This document shows, piece by piece, positions 25,999 to 35,666 of a DNA stretch of 36,242 nucleotides. The notes under the pieces are model-generated. The model searched no databases. It was not told the origin of the DNA and saw only the letters and a program-made list of their open reading frames with translations. The first letter of the stretch is position 1. The number at the start of each line of letters is the position of its first letter. Location: positions 1 through 36,242 of the forward strand of contig JBFMAJ010000002.1 in the NCBI GenBank assembly GCA_040755775.1, read 5' to 3'. A program made the translations under genes and the position numbers. The DNA is from Nitrospirota bacterium (GTDB lineage: Bacteria; Nitrospirota; Nitrospiria; JACQCE01).

Positions 25999-27779
25999 GC
26001 AGCGCGGTCTCGCGCATCGTCGAGCGCTGCGCCGCCATGCCTCTGCCGCAGGCCATTAACGGCGTGATGCACGAGCTTGACTCCTCGCATCGGTCGGAGC
26101 TCCGCAAGGCCCTGTATGATGAGCGGCAGGCCGCCTGGAAATGCTTCCTGGCCCTCGATCCATCTTCGGTCGGCCTCTTTGTCGGCGCCGGATCAGGACT
26201 GGTCCCGATGAACATCGCTCAGCAAGTTCGCGTCGTGTATGTCATGGATCCCGACCCGGCCCGGCTGGCGTTGCTCCGGGAGGCGCAACGTCATCGGGGA
26301 GTTCCCAACCTCCACCTGATGATTGCCGACGACACCCGCCCGCTGCCGCTCTCCGCGGGCATGTGCGACTTTGTCTGGGTGCAGACCGGCGAGGTGGGAC
26401 CCGCCCTTCTCGCCGAACTCCACCGCGTGCTGTCGTCCCACGGCGAGATCTATTTCCCGCTCGACGCCGGATGGCCGCACCGCTGGGCGCGCGCCCCGCG
26501 GCGGCCCGACCGGGTTGCGCAGGCAGGCCCGTTTCGGCCGATCGGCGTCCGCCGCCAATTGCGGGAACAAGGCTTTCAGACCGTGGAGTGGTATGTGCCG
26601 TGGCCGACCGCCGCGCACGCGTCATCAATCGGCCGGCAACACGGATGGCCGGCGGTCCCCGAGCTCAACGGCCGCACGGTCAAGACTCGTCTGCTTCGCT
26701 CGCTGGTCACCAGCCGGTGGTATCCCTATCTCGCCCCTGAATACGGTGTCGTCGCATCCAAACAGCACCGCCGCCGCAGCACCGTCGAGCAGGTGGTTGA
26801 TCAGCTAGAGCGCACCGTCGACCCGCAGCGGCAGGAGACCATCGGGCCGCTCGGCATTGCACGTGTGGTCGTCTCTCGAACACGCATCTTACTCGTCGAG
26901 CTCGCCACCGCACAGAAGCGGAACCACGGCTATATTCTCAAGCTTCCGCTGGCCTTACCGGCCCAGCAACGGCTGGAGCGAAATTACCAGGCCCTAGAGA
27001 CCGTGGCCGCTGAGATTGCAGACCTCGGGGTGAGCCTGCCGCTTCCCGTGGCTCGCGGCGCGCTAGGCGCGCATCCCTATTACGTGGAGTCTAGGCTTGC
27101 CGGTGTGCCCGGCCAGCATTCGGGCATTGATGCATCAGCCCTGCTCACCGATGCCGCGGCACTGTTACATCGACTTGCCGCCGCCACCACGACATGGACA
27201 CCCATGGGGCCAGAGCTGATGACCGAGCGGATCCACCGGCCCTTCCACCGCGTCCGTGCGCTTCTCCGCTCCGATTATGAGCGACAACAGCTCGGGGAGT
27301 TGGAAACCTTTGTTGCCCAGACCTTGCGGGGCGTGACACTCCCGCTCGTCCGTTCACATGGCGATTTCAAGCGTTCCAACACCATGGTCACGCCGCACCC
27401 GCAGCGCCTCACCGGCCTGTTTGATTGGGATCAATCACAGCCGCTCGATTGGCCGCTCTTTGACCTGCTTAATTTTTTATCGTCGTACCAGACGGCCAGC
27501 GATGAGCTTGAGCTCCACGACAAGGTGGCTCGTATCGTTTCAGGCACCATGACCGTACAAGAGGAGGCCGTCTACCAGGACGCGGTCACCGGATTTGGGC
27601 TTTCTCCGGATGTGGAACGAGCACTGCGCATATTGTACTGGATCGTTCAGGTGTCAAAGAAATGCCAACTGGAGTCTGTATACAGCTCATGGATAGAGAC
27701 GCACCATGACTGGGTTGAGCGGAATGTTCGTCGGGTGCTGGCGCAGGTCGCTGCCGTTCGGGGTCTCCATGTATCGTGA
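25995..27779 (+). CDS. Bifunctional class-I methyltransferase-like + APH/choline-kinase-like phosphotransferase (WbdD-like architecture)
   Basis: N-terminal half: LFVGAGSGLV (motif I), VYVMDPD, MIADD, DFVWV. C-terminal half: kinase catalytic loop SHGDFKRSNTMV and LFDWDQS (DxD-type metal site). Confidence 0.62.
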   Translation: MSSAVSRIVERCAAMPLPQAINGVMHELDSSHRSELRKALYDERQAAWKCFLALDPSSVGLFVGAGSGLVPMNIAQQVRVVYVMDPDPARLALLREAQRHRGVPNLHLMIADDTRPLPLSAGMCDFVWVQTGEVGPALLAELHRVLSSHGEIYFPLDAGWPHRWARAPRRPDRVAQAGPFRPIGVRRQLREQGFQTVEWYVPWPTAAHASSIGRQHGWPAVPELNGRTVKTRLLRSLVTSRWYPYLAPEYGVVASKQHRRRSTVEQVVDQLERTVDPQRQETIGPLGIARVVVSRTRILLVELATAQKRNHGYILKLPLALPAQQRLERNYQALETVAAEIADLGVSLPLPVARGALGAHPYYVESRLAGVPGQHSGIDASALLTDAAALLHRLAAATTTWTPMGPELMTERIHRPFHRVRALLRSDYERQQLGELETFVAQTLRGVTLPLVRSHGDFKRSNTMVTPHPQRLTGLFDWDQSQPLDWPLFDLLNFLSSYQTASDELELHDKVARIVSGTMTVQEEAVYQDAVTGFGLSPDVERALRILYWIVQVSKKCQLESVYSSWIETHHDWVERNVRRVLAQVAAVRGLHVS

Positions 27780-29262
27780 TCTTCAGCGCCTGTCCAAACA
27801 TTCCGTCATTTACGGCATCGGTAGCGTGCTGAATAAATCGCTCGGCTTTCTGATGCTGCCGATTTACACCCGTTATCTCATGCCGGAGGATTACGGTCTG
27901 TTGGAATTGTTGCTCTTGACGAGCGCGGTCGCCAGCACCTTCCTGGCGCTCGGACTGAGCCAGGCCACGCTGCGCTTTTATTTTGAATACGACCACCCGG
28001 AGCAGCGCATGGAAGTCATCAGCACCGGCTTGTGGGTCAGCCTGGTCTCGACGTTGGCCGGCCTGGCCTGTATCGCGGTGTTTGCCGATGACATCTCCAG
28101 GCTGACCTTCGGCACGGCGGAGTACGAGTTGCTGCTCTGGATCATCTTGGCGACAACGTTTTTTGAAGTCACGATGGAAGTTCCCATGTCGTATTTACGC
28201 GCACGCGAATATTCCAAGCTGTTCACCGCGGCCAACCTGTTCCAACTGCTGATCGGACTCAGCATGAATCTCTACTGGGTCGTGTGGCGGCAGCAGGGGG
28301 TCGAGGGGGTCCTCAAGAGCGGGCTCACCAGTGCCGCGGTCACGTGGCTGGCGTTGCTGGTGTATACGACCCGCCAAGTCGGCCTTCGATGGTCGTATCT
28401 GAAGGCCAGGGAGCTCTTGGTGTACGGGGCTCCGCTGATTTTCAGCGGATTCGGCATGTTCATCATGAAAATTTCCAACCGCTTGTTTCTCAACCACTAT
28501 TCGTCCCTCACTCAGGTCGGACTTTTCTCCCTTGGCGATAAGCTGAGCCGGGCACTGGGCTTCCTGATCCTGGGACCGTTTTGGCGGTCCTATGGTCCGT
28601 TCCGTTTTTCGATCATGAAGCAGCCTAATGCCGCGCAGATCTACTCCAGGGTCCTGACCTATTTTTTGTTTGTCATGATATTTCTCGGCACAGGGCTGGC
28701 CATGATGGCGAAGGAAGTGCTGCAGATCATCGCGGCGCCTCCATTCTGGGGGGCGGCCAATGTCGTGCCGTTATTGGTGGTGGCCAAAATCTGGTATGGC
28801 CTCTACTACCTCACGCAAACGGGCATTTATTTACAGAAAAAAACTCGCGTGATCTCTGTCATCATCACCGTCACGGCCTCCGTCAATCTGCTGCTCAACT
28901 GGCTCCTGATTCAACGCTACGGCGTGATGGGGGCGGCCGTGGCCTCGGTCGGGTCATTCGCCTTCCTGGCGGTGGTAACCCACCGGGTCGCACAATGGCT
29001 GTATCCCATCACCTATGAAGTCCGTCGGATCGTCACCATGGTCGCCGTCGCGGCGGGGATGTATGCGGCGGGGATATGGATCGCCCCGTCGTCCGTGTGG
29101 CTCGCGTTGGGGCTGAAGGCCGCCCTGCTGGCCGGCTTCCCCCTGCTGCTGGGCGTGGCGCACTTCTATACGGAAGAGGAGAAAACACGGCTCCGGTCGC
29201 TCTGGCTCATGGGTGTCGAACGGGTGAGCGCCACACTGTCGAACGTGTTCAGCTACCGATGA
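27769..29262 (+). CDS. wzx: Wzx-type oligosaccharide flippase (MOP superfamily polysaccharide biosynthesis protein)
   Basis: KHSVIYGIGSVLNKSLGFLMLPIYTRYL N-terminus, about 14 TM helices, LLNWLLIQRYGVMGAAVAS. Start set at the ATG at 27769 (11-nt overlap with the upstream gene). Confidence 0.85.
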   Translation: MYRDLQRLSKHSVIYGIGSVLNKSLGFLMLPIYTRYLMPEDYGLLELLLLTSAVASTFLALGLSQATLRFYFEYDHPEQRMEVISTGLWVSLVSTLAGLACIAVFADDISRLTFGTAEYELLLWIILATTFFEVTMEVPMSYLRAREYSKLFTAANLFQLLIGLSMNLYWVVWRQQGVEGVLKSGLTSAAVTWLALLVYTTRQVGLRWSYLKARELLVYGAPLIFSGFGMFIMKISNRLFLNHYSSLTQVGLFSLGDKLSRALGFLILGPFWRSYGPFRFSIMKQPNAAQIYSRVLTYFLFVMIFLGTGLAMMAKEVLQIIAAPPFWGAANVVPLLVVAKIWYGLYYLTQTGIYLQKKTRVISVIITVTASVNLLLNWLLIQRYGVMGAAVASVGSFAFLAVVTHRVAQWLYPITYEVRRIVTMVAVAAGMYAAGIWIAPSSVWLALGLKAALLAGFPLLLGVAHFYTEEEKTRLRSLWLMGVERVSATLSNVFSYR

Positions 29263-30305
29263 TCCCATTGATGCCATTGCTCTTCTCGGCCGGAAAACAG
29301 CACCTGGCGGCCTCGCTGCTGTCCGGGACGGGATTGTTGAACGTGGCGCGTTTCGTCAGGCGGCGCGCCTCGCGGGGCTTGACCATTTTCGCCTACCATC
29401 GCGTGTTGACGCACCTGCCGAGCGCGTTTTCGTTCGATCCGGAAGTCGTCAGCGCATTCGCCGATGACTTCGAGCGGCAGGCCCGCCACATTCAGCGGCA
29501 TTGCACCCCGATGACCTTCGCAGAGGTCCGGGAGCTCGAGGACGCCGGCCGGCCGTTTCCGCCGCATGCCGTGATTCTCACATTTGACGACGGCTACAAG
29601 GATAACGCCACCGTCGTGGCGCCCATTCTCAAGCGGTGCGGCATTCCGGCGACGTTTTTCATCACGACCGGCTATCTGACGGATCGACGGTTATTTTGGT
29701 GGGACGAAGCGGCCAACATCATCTGGAAGTGCGCCCTGCCGCTGCCGCCGTTGCCCGAGTTCGGACTCGACGCGCGGGCGTTGGCGTCGATGGCGGACCG
29801 GCCGTCCATCATTCGGGCCGTGCTGCGGCGCTGCCACCAGCTTCCCGACGACCAGCGCGTCGACCTCATCCGCCGGTTGGCCGCGCTCACGGGAGTGCAT
29901 CCCGATCATGGAGCGGCCGACGCGGAGCTGCTCACCTGGGAGGACGTCGCAGCGATGGCCGAGGACGGCTTTGAAATCGGCAGCCACACGGTGACCCATC
30001 CGGTCCTCACCCGCGTCGATGCGGCCCGGCAGGACGCCGAGTTGACGGACTCAAAGCGAATACTGGAACAGCGCCTGAACCGGCGCATCGAGGTCTTCGC
30101 CTACCCGGTCGGGGCCATGCACTGTGTCAGTGAAGCGCTCGCCGCGCGGGTCAAGGCCGCCGGGTACCGCTACGCCGTGACCTATATCGGCGGGACCAAC
30201 CAGGCCATCGGCAATCCGTACGCACTACGGCGCCAGCACGTCGGATTGGACACCACAGGGCCGACGTTCCAGGCGAGCCTGGTCTTCCCGGAGCTGTTTC
30301 AATGA
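29259..30305 (+). CDS. Polysaccharide deacetylase family protein (NodB homology domain, long form)
   Basis: VILTFDDGYKDN, IPATFFITTGY, FEIGSHTVTHPVL. Start set at the ATG at 29259 (ATGA overlap). Confidence 0.85.
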   Translation: MIPLMPLLFSAGKQHLAASLLSGTGLLNVARFVRRRASRGLTIFAYHRVLTHLPSAFSFDPEVVSAFADDFERQARHIQRHCTPMTFAEVRELEDAGRPFPPHAVILTFDDGYKDNATVVAPILKRCGIPATFFITTGYLTDRRLFWWDEAANIIWKCALPLPPLPEFGLDARALASMADRPSIIRAVLRRCHQLPDDQRVDLIRRLAALTGVHPDHGAADAELLTWEDVAAMAEDGFEIGSHTVTHPVLTRVDAARQDAELTDSKRILEQRLNRRIEVFAYPVGAMHCVSEALAARVKAAGYRYAVTYIGGTNQAIGNPYALRRQHVGLDTTGPTFQASLVFPELFQ

Positions 30306-31525
30306 CGGAATCGCACACCCCAGCGACGATGCCTGCTATTACGCAACCTCAGACAAGGCCCATACGACTGATGCACGTGCTGCCGTCGCTCGAAGTTGGT
30401 GGAATGGAGAAGGTCGTCGTGAACCTGTCAAACGGACTCGACCGTCAACGGTACCAGGTCGCTATTTGCTGTATCGAGCGCGGCGGGGCGCTTCAGCGTG
30501 AATTGTCACCGCCGGGGCTACCGGTCTATGTAATGAACAAACCGGAGGGGGTGGATTACTTTCTGCCATTTCGGCTTTCCCGTTTATTTAATCGGCTGAA
30601 CGTGGATATTGTTCACACACACAGCATGGGGGTGTTTCCGTATGGCTGCCTCGCCGCGACCTTCAGCAGAACCCCCGTGTATGTCCACTCCGAACATGGC
30701 TCCTTCAATCTGAAAACTGTCCGCCGGCGATTGGCTTTTCAATACGGCATGCGGCGCACGGATCGAGTCTTGACGGTCTCCGAGACGGTCAAGCACCAGC
30801 TGCTCGGTGTTATCGATATTCCTGAGAAAAAGATTACCCCGATTATGAATGGAGTGGATACCCGACGGTGCGCGCCCGATGATGCCGCCAGCGCCGCGCT
30901 TCGCGCCGCGTTGGACATACCCGACGGCGCTCCCGTGATTGGGGCCATTGGCCGGCTCGTGACGGCAAAAAATTACCCAACATTACTGCACGTCGTCGCG
31001 CAGCTCACGCGCCGCCACCCGCAACTGGTCTGCCTGATGGTCGGGGATGGTCCGGAGCGCGCGCGCCTTCATGCTCAGGCCGATGCACTGAAACTCTCCG
31101 GTCATGTCCGGTGGCTGGGGGAGCGCCATGACGTGGCCGAGCTGCTGAATCTCATGCAGGTCTACCTCCTGCCATCGTATAGCGAGGGGATGTCCATCGC
31201 CCTGCTGGAAGCCATGGTCGCCGGGCGCCCCATTGTCGTGTCAGACATTACCGCCAATCGGGAGGTGATCCGCCATGGCCAAACAGGCTGGCTGGTGCCC
31301 CCCGCTGATATCGAGCAGTGGGCTGGGGCCGTGGCGCGCCTGCTGACCGACCGCGTGATGGCCCAACAGCTTGGGCGGGCGGCGCAGGCCACGGCGCAGC
31401 AGTTCTTCAGCATTCCCCGCATGTGCCGCTCCTTTGAAGCGCTCTACGAACAGTTGTTGGAAGAAAAGCGCGGCCGGGTCGATCCGCGCGGATACCGCAA
31501 CCAGGCCGTTTCCGTGGCTCGCTGA
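30302..31525 (+). CDS. Glycosyltransferase family 4 (GT-B, Glycos_transf_1)
   Basis: IRLMHVLPSLEVGGMEKVV, GRLVTAKNY, LLPSYSEGMSIALLEAMVAGRPIVVSD. ATGA overlap with the upstream gene. Confidence 0.9.
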   Translation: MTESHTPATMPAITQPQTRPIRLMHVLPSLEVGGMEKVVVNLSNGLDRQRYQVAICCIERGGALQRELSPPGLPVYVMNKPEGVDYFLPFRLSRLFNRLNVDIVHTHSMGVFPYGCLAATFSRTPVYVHSEHGSFNLKTVRRRLAFQYGMRRTDRVLTVSETVKHQLLGVIDIPEKKITPIMNGVDTRRCAPDDAASAALRAALDIPDGAPVIGAIGRLVTAKNYPTLLHVVAQLTRRHPQLVCLMVGDGPERARLHAQADALKLSGHVRWLGERHDVAELLNLMQVYLLPSYSEGMSIALLEAMVAGRPIVVSDITANREVIRHGQTGWLVPPADIEQWAGAVARLLTDRVMAQQLGRAAQATAQQFFSIPRMCRSFEALYEQLLEEKRGRVDPRGYRNQAVSVAR

Positions 31526-31528
31526 CGC

Positions 31529-32182
31529 ATGCGTTCACTCAAGCAGTTGCTCAAATGCCTTCTCATCCGGCTTCTGCCGCTCCAGTTTGTCATGTGGAGG
31601 GGCCGTGACGCCTCCGGTCGGATCGCCCTCACGTTTGACGACGGGCCGGACCCGGAGTTGACCCCCGCCATTCTGGCCGTGCTGCGCCAGTACGGGGTCA
31701 AGGCCACGTTTTTTGTGCTGGGGGAAAAGGCCAGGACACACCCGGAATTAATCGAGCTCATCGCACGGGATGGACATGAAATCGGCAACCACAGCTTTTC
31801 GCACCAACCGATGAACGAGAGCACGCTGCCGTCCATGATCCGGGAGTTTTCCGCGACCGACCGGCTCATTCATCATCACACCGGGCGACCGGCGCCGCTG
31901 ATCCGCCCCCCCCGAGGGATCATGACACTGCCCTTTCTCTGGTATGCGTTGACGCATCGCCGGACCGTCGTGCTCTGGTCCGTCGACCCGCAGGATTATC
32001 ATCCTCAGGCCTCGGAGCTGTTGCTGGAGAGAATCCTCCAACAGCTTGGATCGTCGTCGGACATCGTCCTGCTTCACGAGCGCCACCGGCAAACAGTCGA
32101 GCTGCTGCCGCCGTTGCTTGACGTGCTGACGGCCCGTCGGGCGCAGTGCGTGACCGTGAGTCGTCTGATGGAGGCGGCATGA
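31529..32182 (+). CDS. CE4 polysaccharide deacetylase (canonical NodB domain)
   Basis: IALTFDDGPDPELTP, KATFFVLG, HEIGNHSFSH, LIRPPRG, IVLLHE. Confidence 0.9.
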   Translation: MRSLKQLLKCLLIRLLPLQFVMWRGRDASGRIALTFDDGPDPELTPAILAVLRQYGVKATFFVLGEKARTHPELIELIARDGHEIGNHSFSHQPMNESTLPSMIREFSATDRLIHHHTGRPAPLIRPPRGIMTLPFLWYALTHRRTVVLWSVDPQDYHPQASELLLERILQQLGSSSDIVLLHERHRQTVELLPPLLDVLTARRAQCVTVSRLMEAA

Positions 32183-33321
32183 ACGAGCATCCCCTGACCG
32201 TGACGTGTCACCGCACGCCCGAGGCGCTGACCCGGCTGGCCGACGCATGGGATCGGCTGCTTGACAAGGCGCTCGTGAAAACACCGTTTGCGACGCATGA
32301 GTGGCAGGCCGCCTGGTGGAAACACTTCGGCCGTCATCAGTCCCTCTATCTGCTGAGCGTTGAGCGCCAGGGCGAGCTGGTCGCCATCGCCCCGTTCATG
32401 CTGGGACGGCGAGGGCCGTTTCGTCTTCTGCAGTTCATCGGAACAGGACGGTCCGACTACCTGGATTTTATCATTGCCGCGCATTGTCGCGAGGCGCTGC
32501 CCGCCATCATCGCCTACCTGGCCCGGCACGCGGACGAGTGGGATCTTATCAGCCTGGAAGATTGGGCGGAGGATTCGGCCCATCTGGCGCGCTGGCGCGA
32601 CCTCCTCCCGGAGACGGGTTGGCAGTGCTCGATCAGGCCCAGCACCGTGTGTCCCAAGCTCTCCTGCGAGAACGGGTGGGGCGCGTACCTTCAGTCAAAA
32701 TCGTCAAAGCACCGGAAGAACCTGCGCCGACTCGAGCGACACGTTGAGCACTCTCCGCATCTGCGCATCCGGTCGGGCCGAGACTGGGAGGTCGCCGCGC
32801 AGCTGTCGTCCATCGTGCGGATCGAATCGCGGAGCTGGAAAATGGCCCAGGGCAATCCACGCATCACCGGCCCGACCGCCACATTGTTTTTTTCCGAGCT
32901 GTTCGAGGCGTTTCGCCGGCGCAACTGGCTGGAAACATGGTATCTGCTCCACGACGATGAACCCGTCGCCTACACCATCAACTACCTTTACGACGGCAAA
33001 CTGTATTTTTACAATGTGGCCTACGACCTCCGTCATGCCGACCAGTCGCCGGGCACCGCGCTCACCATGCATGTCCTGCGAAATGCGTTCGAGCGGCGGA
33101 TCGTGGAATACGACTTTCTCAGGGGCGACGAACCCTATAAGCGGCTCTGGACCCATGAGGCGCGGCAGCTGTACCACGCGGTGATCATCGGCCGCGGTCT
33201 GCGGGCGCGACTGGCCTACGCGCTGCTGATCGCTCCACGGTGGCTTGTGCGCCGGTCGGCATGGCTTCGGCGTCTGGCGGCGCGGGTCAAGCCGTTCGTC
33301 ACAAGGCGCGTGCCCGCATGA
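32179..33321 (+). CDS. GNAT-fold acyltransferase of the CelD/BcsL/FemAB-like (Acetyltransf_6) type
   Basis: W..L......TPFATHEWQAAWWKHFG at the N-terminus. SKHRKNLRRLERH, YNVAYDLRHADQSPGTALTMHVLRNAFERRIVEYDFLRGDEPYKRLW. ATGA overlap at 32179. Confidence 0.72.
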   Translation: MNEHPLTVTCHRTPEALTRLADAWDRLLDKALVKTPFATHEWQAAWWKHFGRHQSLYLLSVERQGELVAIAPFMLGRRGPFRLLQFIGTGRSDYLDFIIAAHCREALPAIIAYLARHADEWDLISLEDWAEDSAHLARWRDLLPETGWQCSIRPSTVCPKLSCENGWGAYLQSKSSKHRKNLRRLERHVEHSPHLRIRSGRDWEVAAQLSSIVRIESRSWKMAQGNPRITGPTATLFFSELFEAFRRRNWLETWYLLHDDEPVAYTINYLYDGKLYFYNVAYDLRHADQSPGTALTMHVLRNAFERRIVEYDFLRGDEPYKRLWTHEARQLYHAVIIGRGLRARLAYALLIAPRWLVRRSAWLRRLAARVKPFVTRRVPA

Positions 33322-35600
33322 ATATTCTGTACCACCATCGGACGCGCGGCAGGGGTGTTGAAGGCGTGCATATCAACAGCCTCGCCAGCGCGCTCGGGGC
33401 GTCCGGCCACACGGTACGGTATGTCGGCCCGCCCGGCACCGAGCCGCCGCAGAGCCGGACGGCAGACCCCGCATTCACACCGGCGCAATCCGGCGCCTGG
33501 TCGCTTATCTCCCGTCATGCGCCTGAACAGCTGTTCGAGCTGTGCGAGGTGCTCTACAACGGGTATGCGTGGTGGCGGCTCGGTCACGAGTTGCGGCAAC
33601 ACGCCATCGACCTGATCTATGAACGGTATGCGCTCTTTTCAATCGCCGGCGTGCGGCGCGCCAACAACGCGGGCATTCCCCTCATTCTTGAAGTCAACGA
33701 TGCCGCCGGGCTTCAGCGCGTCCGGACGCTCAACGCGCGGAAGCTGGCCTTGGCCTTCGAGCGGCGGATTTTTCACGCGGCCGACGCCATCATCACCATC
33801 TCGCAGCCGTTCAAGCGCTATATTGCGCAATACGGCGTGCCTGAGGAAAAGATCACCGTGCTCTCCAACGCCGCGGATGTGTCGAAGTTCCACCCATCCG
33901 AACCCGATCCCGCGCTGCGCGCGTCGCTGCGATTACCCGGGGGACGGGTCATCGGATTCATCGGCTCCTTTGCCCCGTGGCACGGGGTGCACCTGCTGGT
34001 CGAGGCGGTGGCACGCCTGGCCGCGACTCACCCCGACGTGCACCTTTTGCTGGTTGGCGCAGGACCGGAGATCGGCCGGATCCGCCGGCTCATGGCGTCG
34101 TCCGGCCTGGAGGCGCGGGTGCGGCTCTGCCCGCCGGTGGCGCACCATCAGGTGGCGCGGTATATCGATCTGATGGACGTGGCTGTCATGCCTGATTCCA
34201 ACACCTACGGCTCGCCGATGAAGATTTTCGAGTATATGGCCATGGGGAAGTGCGTCGTGGCGCCGTCCTATGAGCCCATCCGGGAGGTATTGACCCACGG
34301 GGTCAACGGACTGCTCTTCTCCCCGGGTGACGTCGACGGGTTGGCGCGCGCCCTCTCCGAGGCCCTGGCTGACGCGTCACTACGCTCGACCCTTGGCCGG
34401 ATGGCCTGTGCGGACGTGCAGAAAACCCACAACTGGCAGCGTCACTCCCAGGCGGTGCTGGATATTTATCAGAACATCGTCTCTCCCAAACCGCGTCTTG
34501 TCGCCGCGCCGCGTCCCCGGCGGATCGCAGCCATTCCCCCGCGGCCCACGGTCACCATCATCATGCCCGTCTATAATGAAGAGCGGTTCCTGCCGTCGTG
34601 CCTGGACTCCATCCTCGCACAAGACTATCCGGCGGATCGCCTCGAGGTCGTGATCATCGACGGTGGATCGACAGACAACAGCCGCGCCATCATCCGGCGC
34701 TATCAACAACGGGCCCCGCATATACGATTGCTTGACAATCCTCGTCGGGTCATCCCGGCGGCGTTGAACATCGGCTGGCGCGCGGCGCGCGGCGAGATCG
34801 TCGTCCGAATGGATGCCCACACGCTGTATGACGCGCCGTACGTGCGCGAATCCGTGCGGTTGCTGCTGAGCACGGGAGCCGGCAGCGTGGGCGCCATGCA
34901 GCGCGCGGAAGGCACGACCTTTCTCACGCGCGCGATTGCACTGGCCACCAACAGCGGGTTTGGGGCCGGGAACGCGCATTTTCGCTGCGGGTCGACGCCG
35001 CGTTTTGTCGACACCGCGTACCTCGGCGCCTGGCGCCGATCCACTCTGGAAGAGCTGAGAGGCTTTGACGAGGAGTGGCTGGTCAATGAAGACTACGAGC
35101 TGAACTATCGCCTGCGCGTGCGGGGCTATCGCGTCTATGTATCGCCGGCGCTGGGGTGCCGCTACTTTGTCCGCGGTTCCCTTGCCTCCCTCGCACGCCA
35201 GTATTTCCGCTACGGGTACTGGAAAGCCAAGACCGCCCGCGTGCACCCCGATTCACTCCTCCCGCGGCAGCTGATCCCCCCCATGTTCGTCATGGGGGTG
35301 GTCACGGGAATCGTCGTCTCCCCGTCTGCAGCCGCGTGGTTGCCGTGGCTCGGGTGGGGATTACCGGTGCTGTACGCGTTCGTCGCAACGGTGGCAGGGC
35401 TGCGCGCCGCCTGGTCGGCGCGCCTTTCGTACGCCCTGATTTTGCCGGCCGTGTTTGCGACACTGCACGTCTCCTGGGGAAGCGGGTTTCTCGCCGGCAT
35501 GGTTCGGTTCGGCCCTCCGGCCGTGGATTTGCGCACCCTGCTCCGCAATGAACGGCAATGGCAGGAGCTCATCCCGCCCGGCACTCCGCCCGCCCCGTGA
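33318..35600 (+). CDS. Fusion glycosyltransferase: N-terminal GT4 + C-terminal GT2 (ExoA-like) with C-terminal TM helices
   Basis: GT4: MNILYHHRTRGRGVEGVHI...GSPMKIFEYMAMGKCVVAP. Pro-rich linker KPRLVAAPRPRRIAAIPPRP. GT2: VTIIMPVYNEERFLPSCLDSILAQDYP...VVIIDGGSTDNS...RMDAH...NEDYELNYR, then hydrophobic helices. ATGA overlap at 33318. Confidence 0.85.
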   Translation: MNILYHHRTRGRGVEGVHINSLASALGASGHTVRYVGPPGTEPPQSRTADPAFTPAQSGAWSLISRHAPEQLFELCEVLYNGYAWWRLGHELRQHAIDLIYERYALFSIAGVRRANNAGIPLILEVNDAAGLQRVRTLNARKLALAFERRIFHAADAIITISQPFKRYIAQYGVPEEKITVLSNAADVSKFHPSEPDPALRASLRLPGGRVIGFIGSFAPWHGVHLLVEAVARLAATHPDVHLLLVGAGPEIGRIRRLMASSGLEARVRLCPPVAHHQVARYIDLMDVAVMPDSNTYGSPMKIFEYMAMGKCVVAPSYEPIREVLTHGVNGLLFSPGDVDGLARALSEALADASLRSTLGRMACADVQKTHNWQRHSQAVLDIYQNIVSPKPRLVAAPRPRRIAAIPPRPTVTIIMPVYNEERFLPSCLDSILAQDYPADRLEVVIIDGGSTDNSRAIIRRYQQRAPHIRLLDNPRRVIPAALNIGWRAARGEIVVRMDAHTLYDAPYVRESVRLLLSTGAGSVGAMQRAEGTTFLTRAIALATNSGFGAGNAHFRCGSTPRFVDTAYLGAWRRSTLEELRGFDEEWLVNEDYELNYRLRVRGYRVYVSPALGCRYFVRGSLASLARQYFRYGYWKAKTARVHPDSLLPRQLIPPMFVMGVVTGIVVSPSAAAWLPWLGWGLPVLYAFVATVAGLRAAWSARLSYALILPAVFATLHVSWGSGFLAGMVRFGPPAVDLRTLLRNERQWQELIPPGTPPAP

Positions 35601-35666
35601 ACTTCATGGTCCCGAGCGCACAGAGGCAGGCCGCCCACGCATCCGATACACCGGCGGAAGAAGCCG

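Noticed and set aside
34380-35246. 288-aa minus-strand ORF antisense to the GT2 domain
   Set aside because: The plus frame has textbook GT2 motifs, and the antisense product is R/A/G-rich without motifs.
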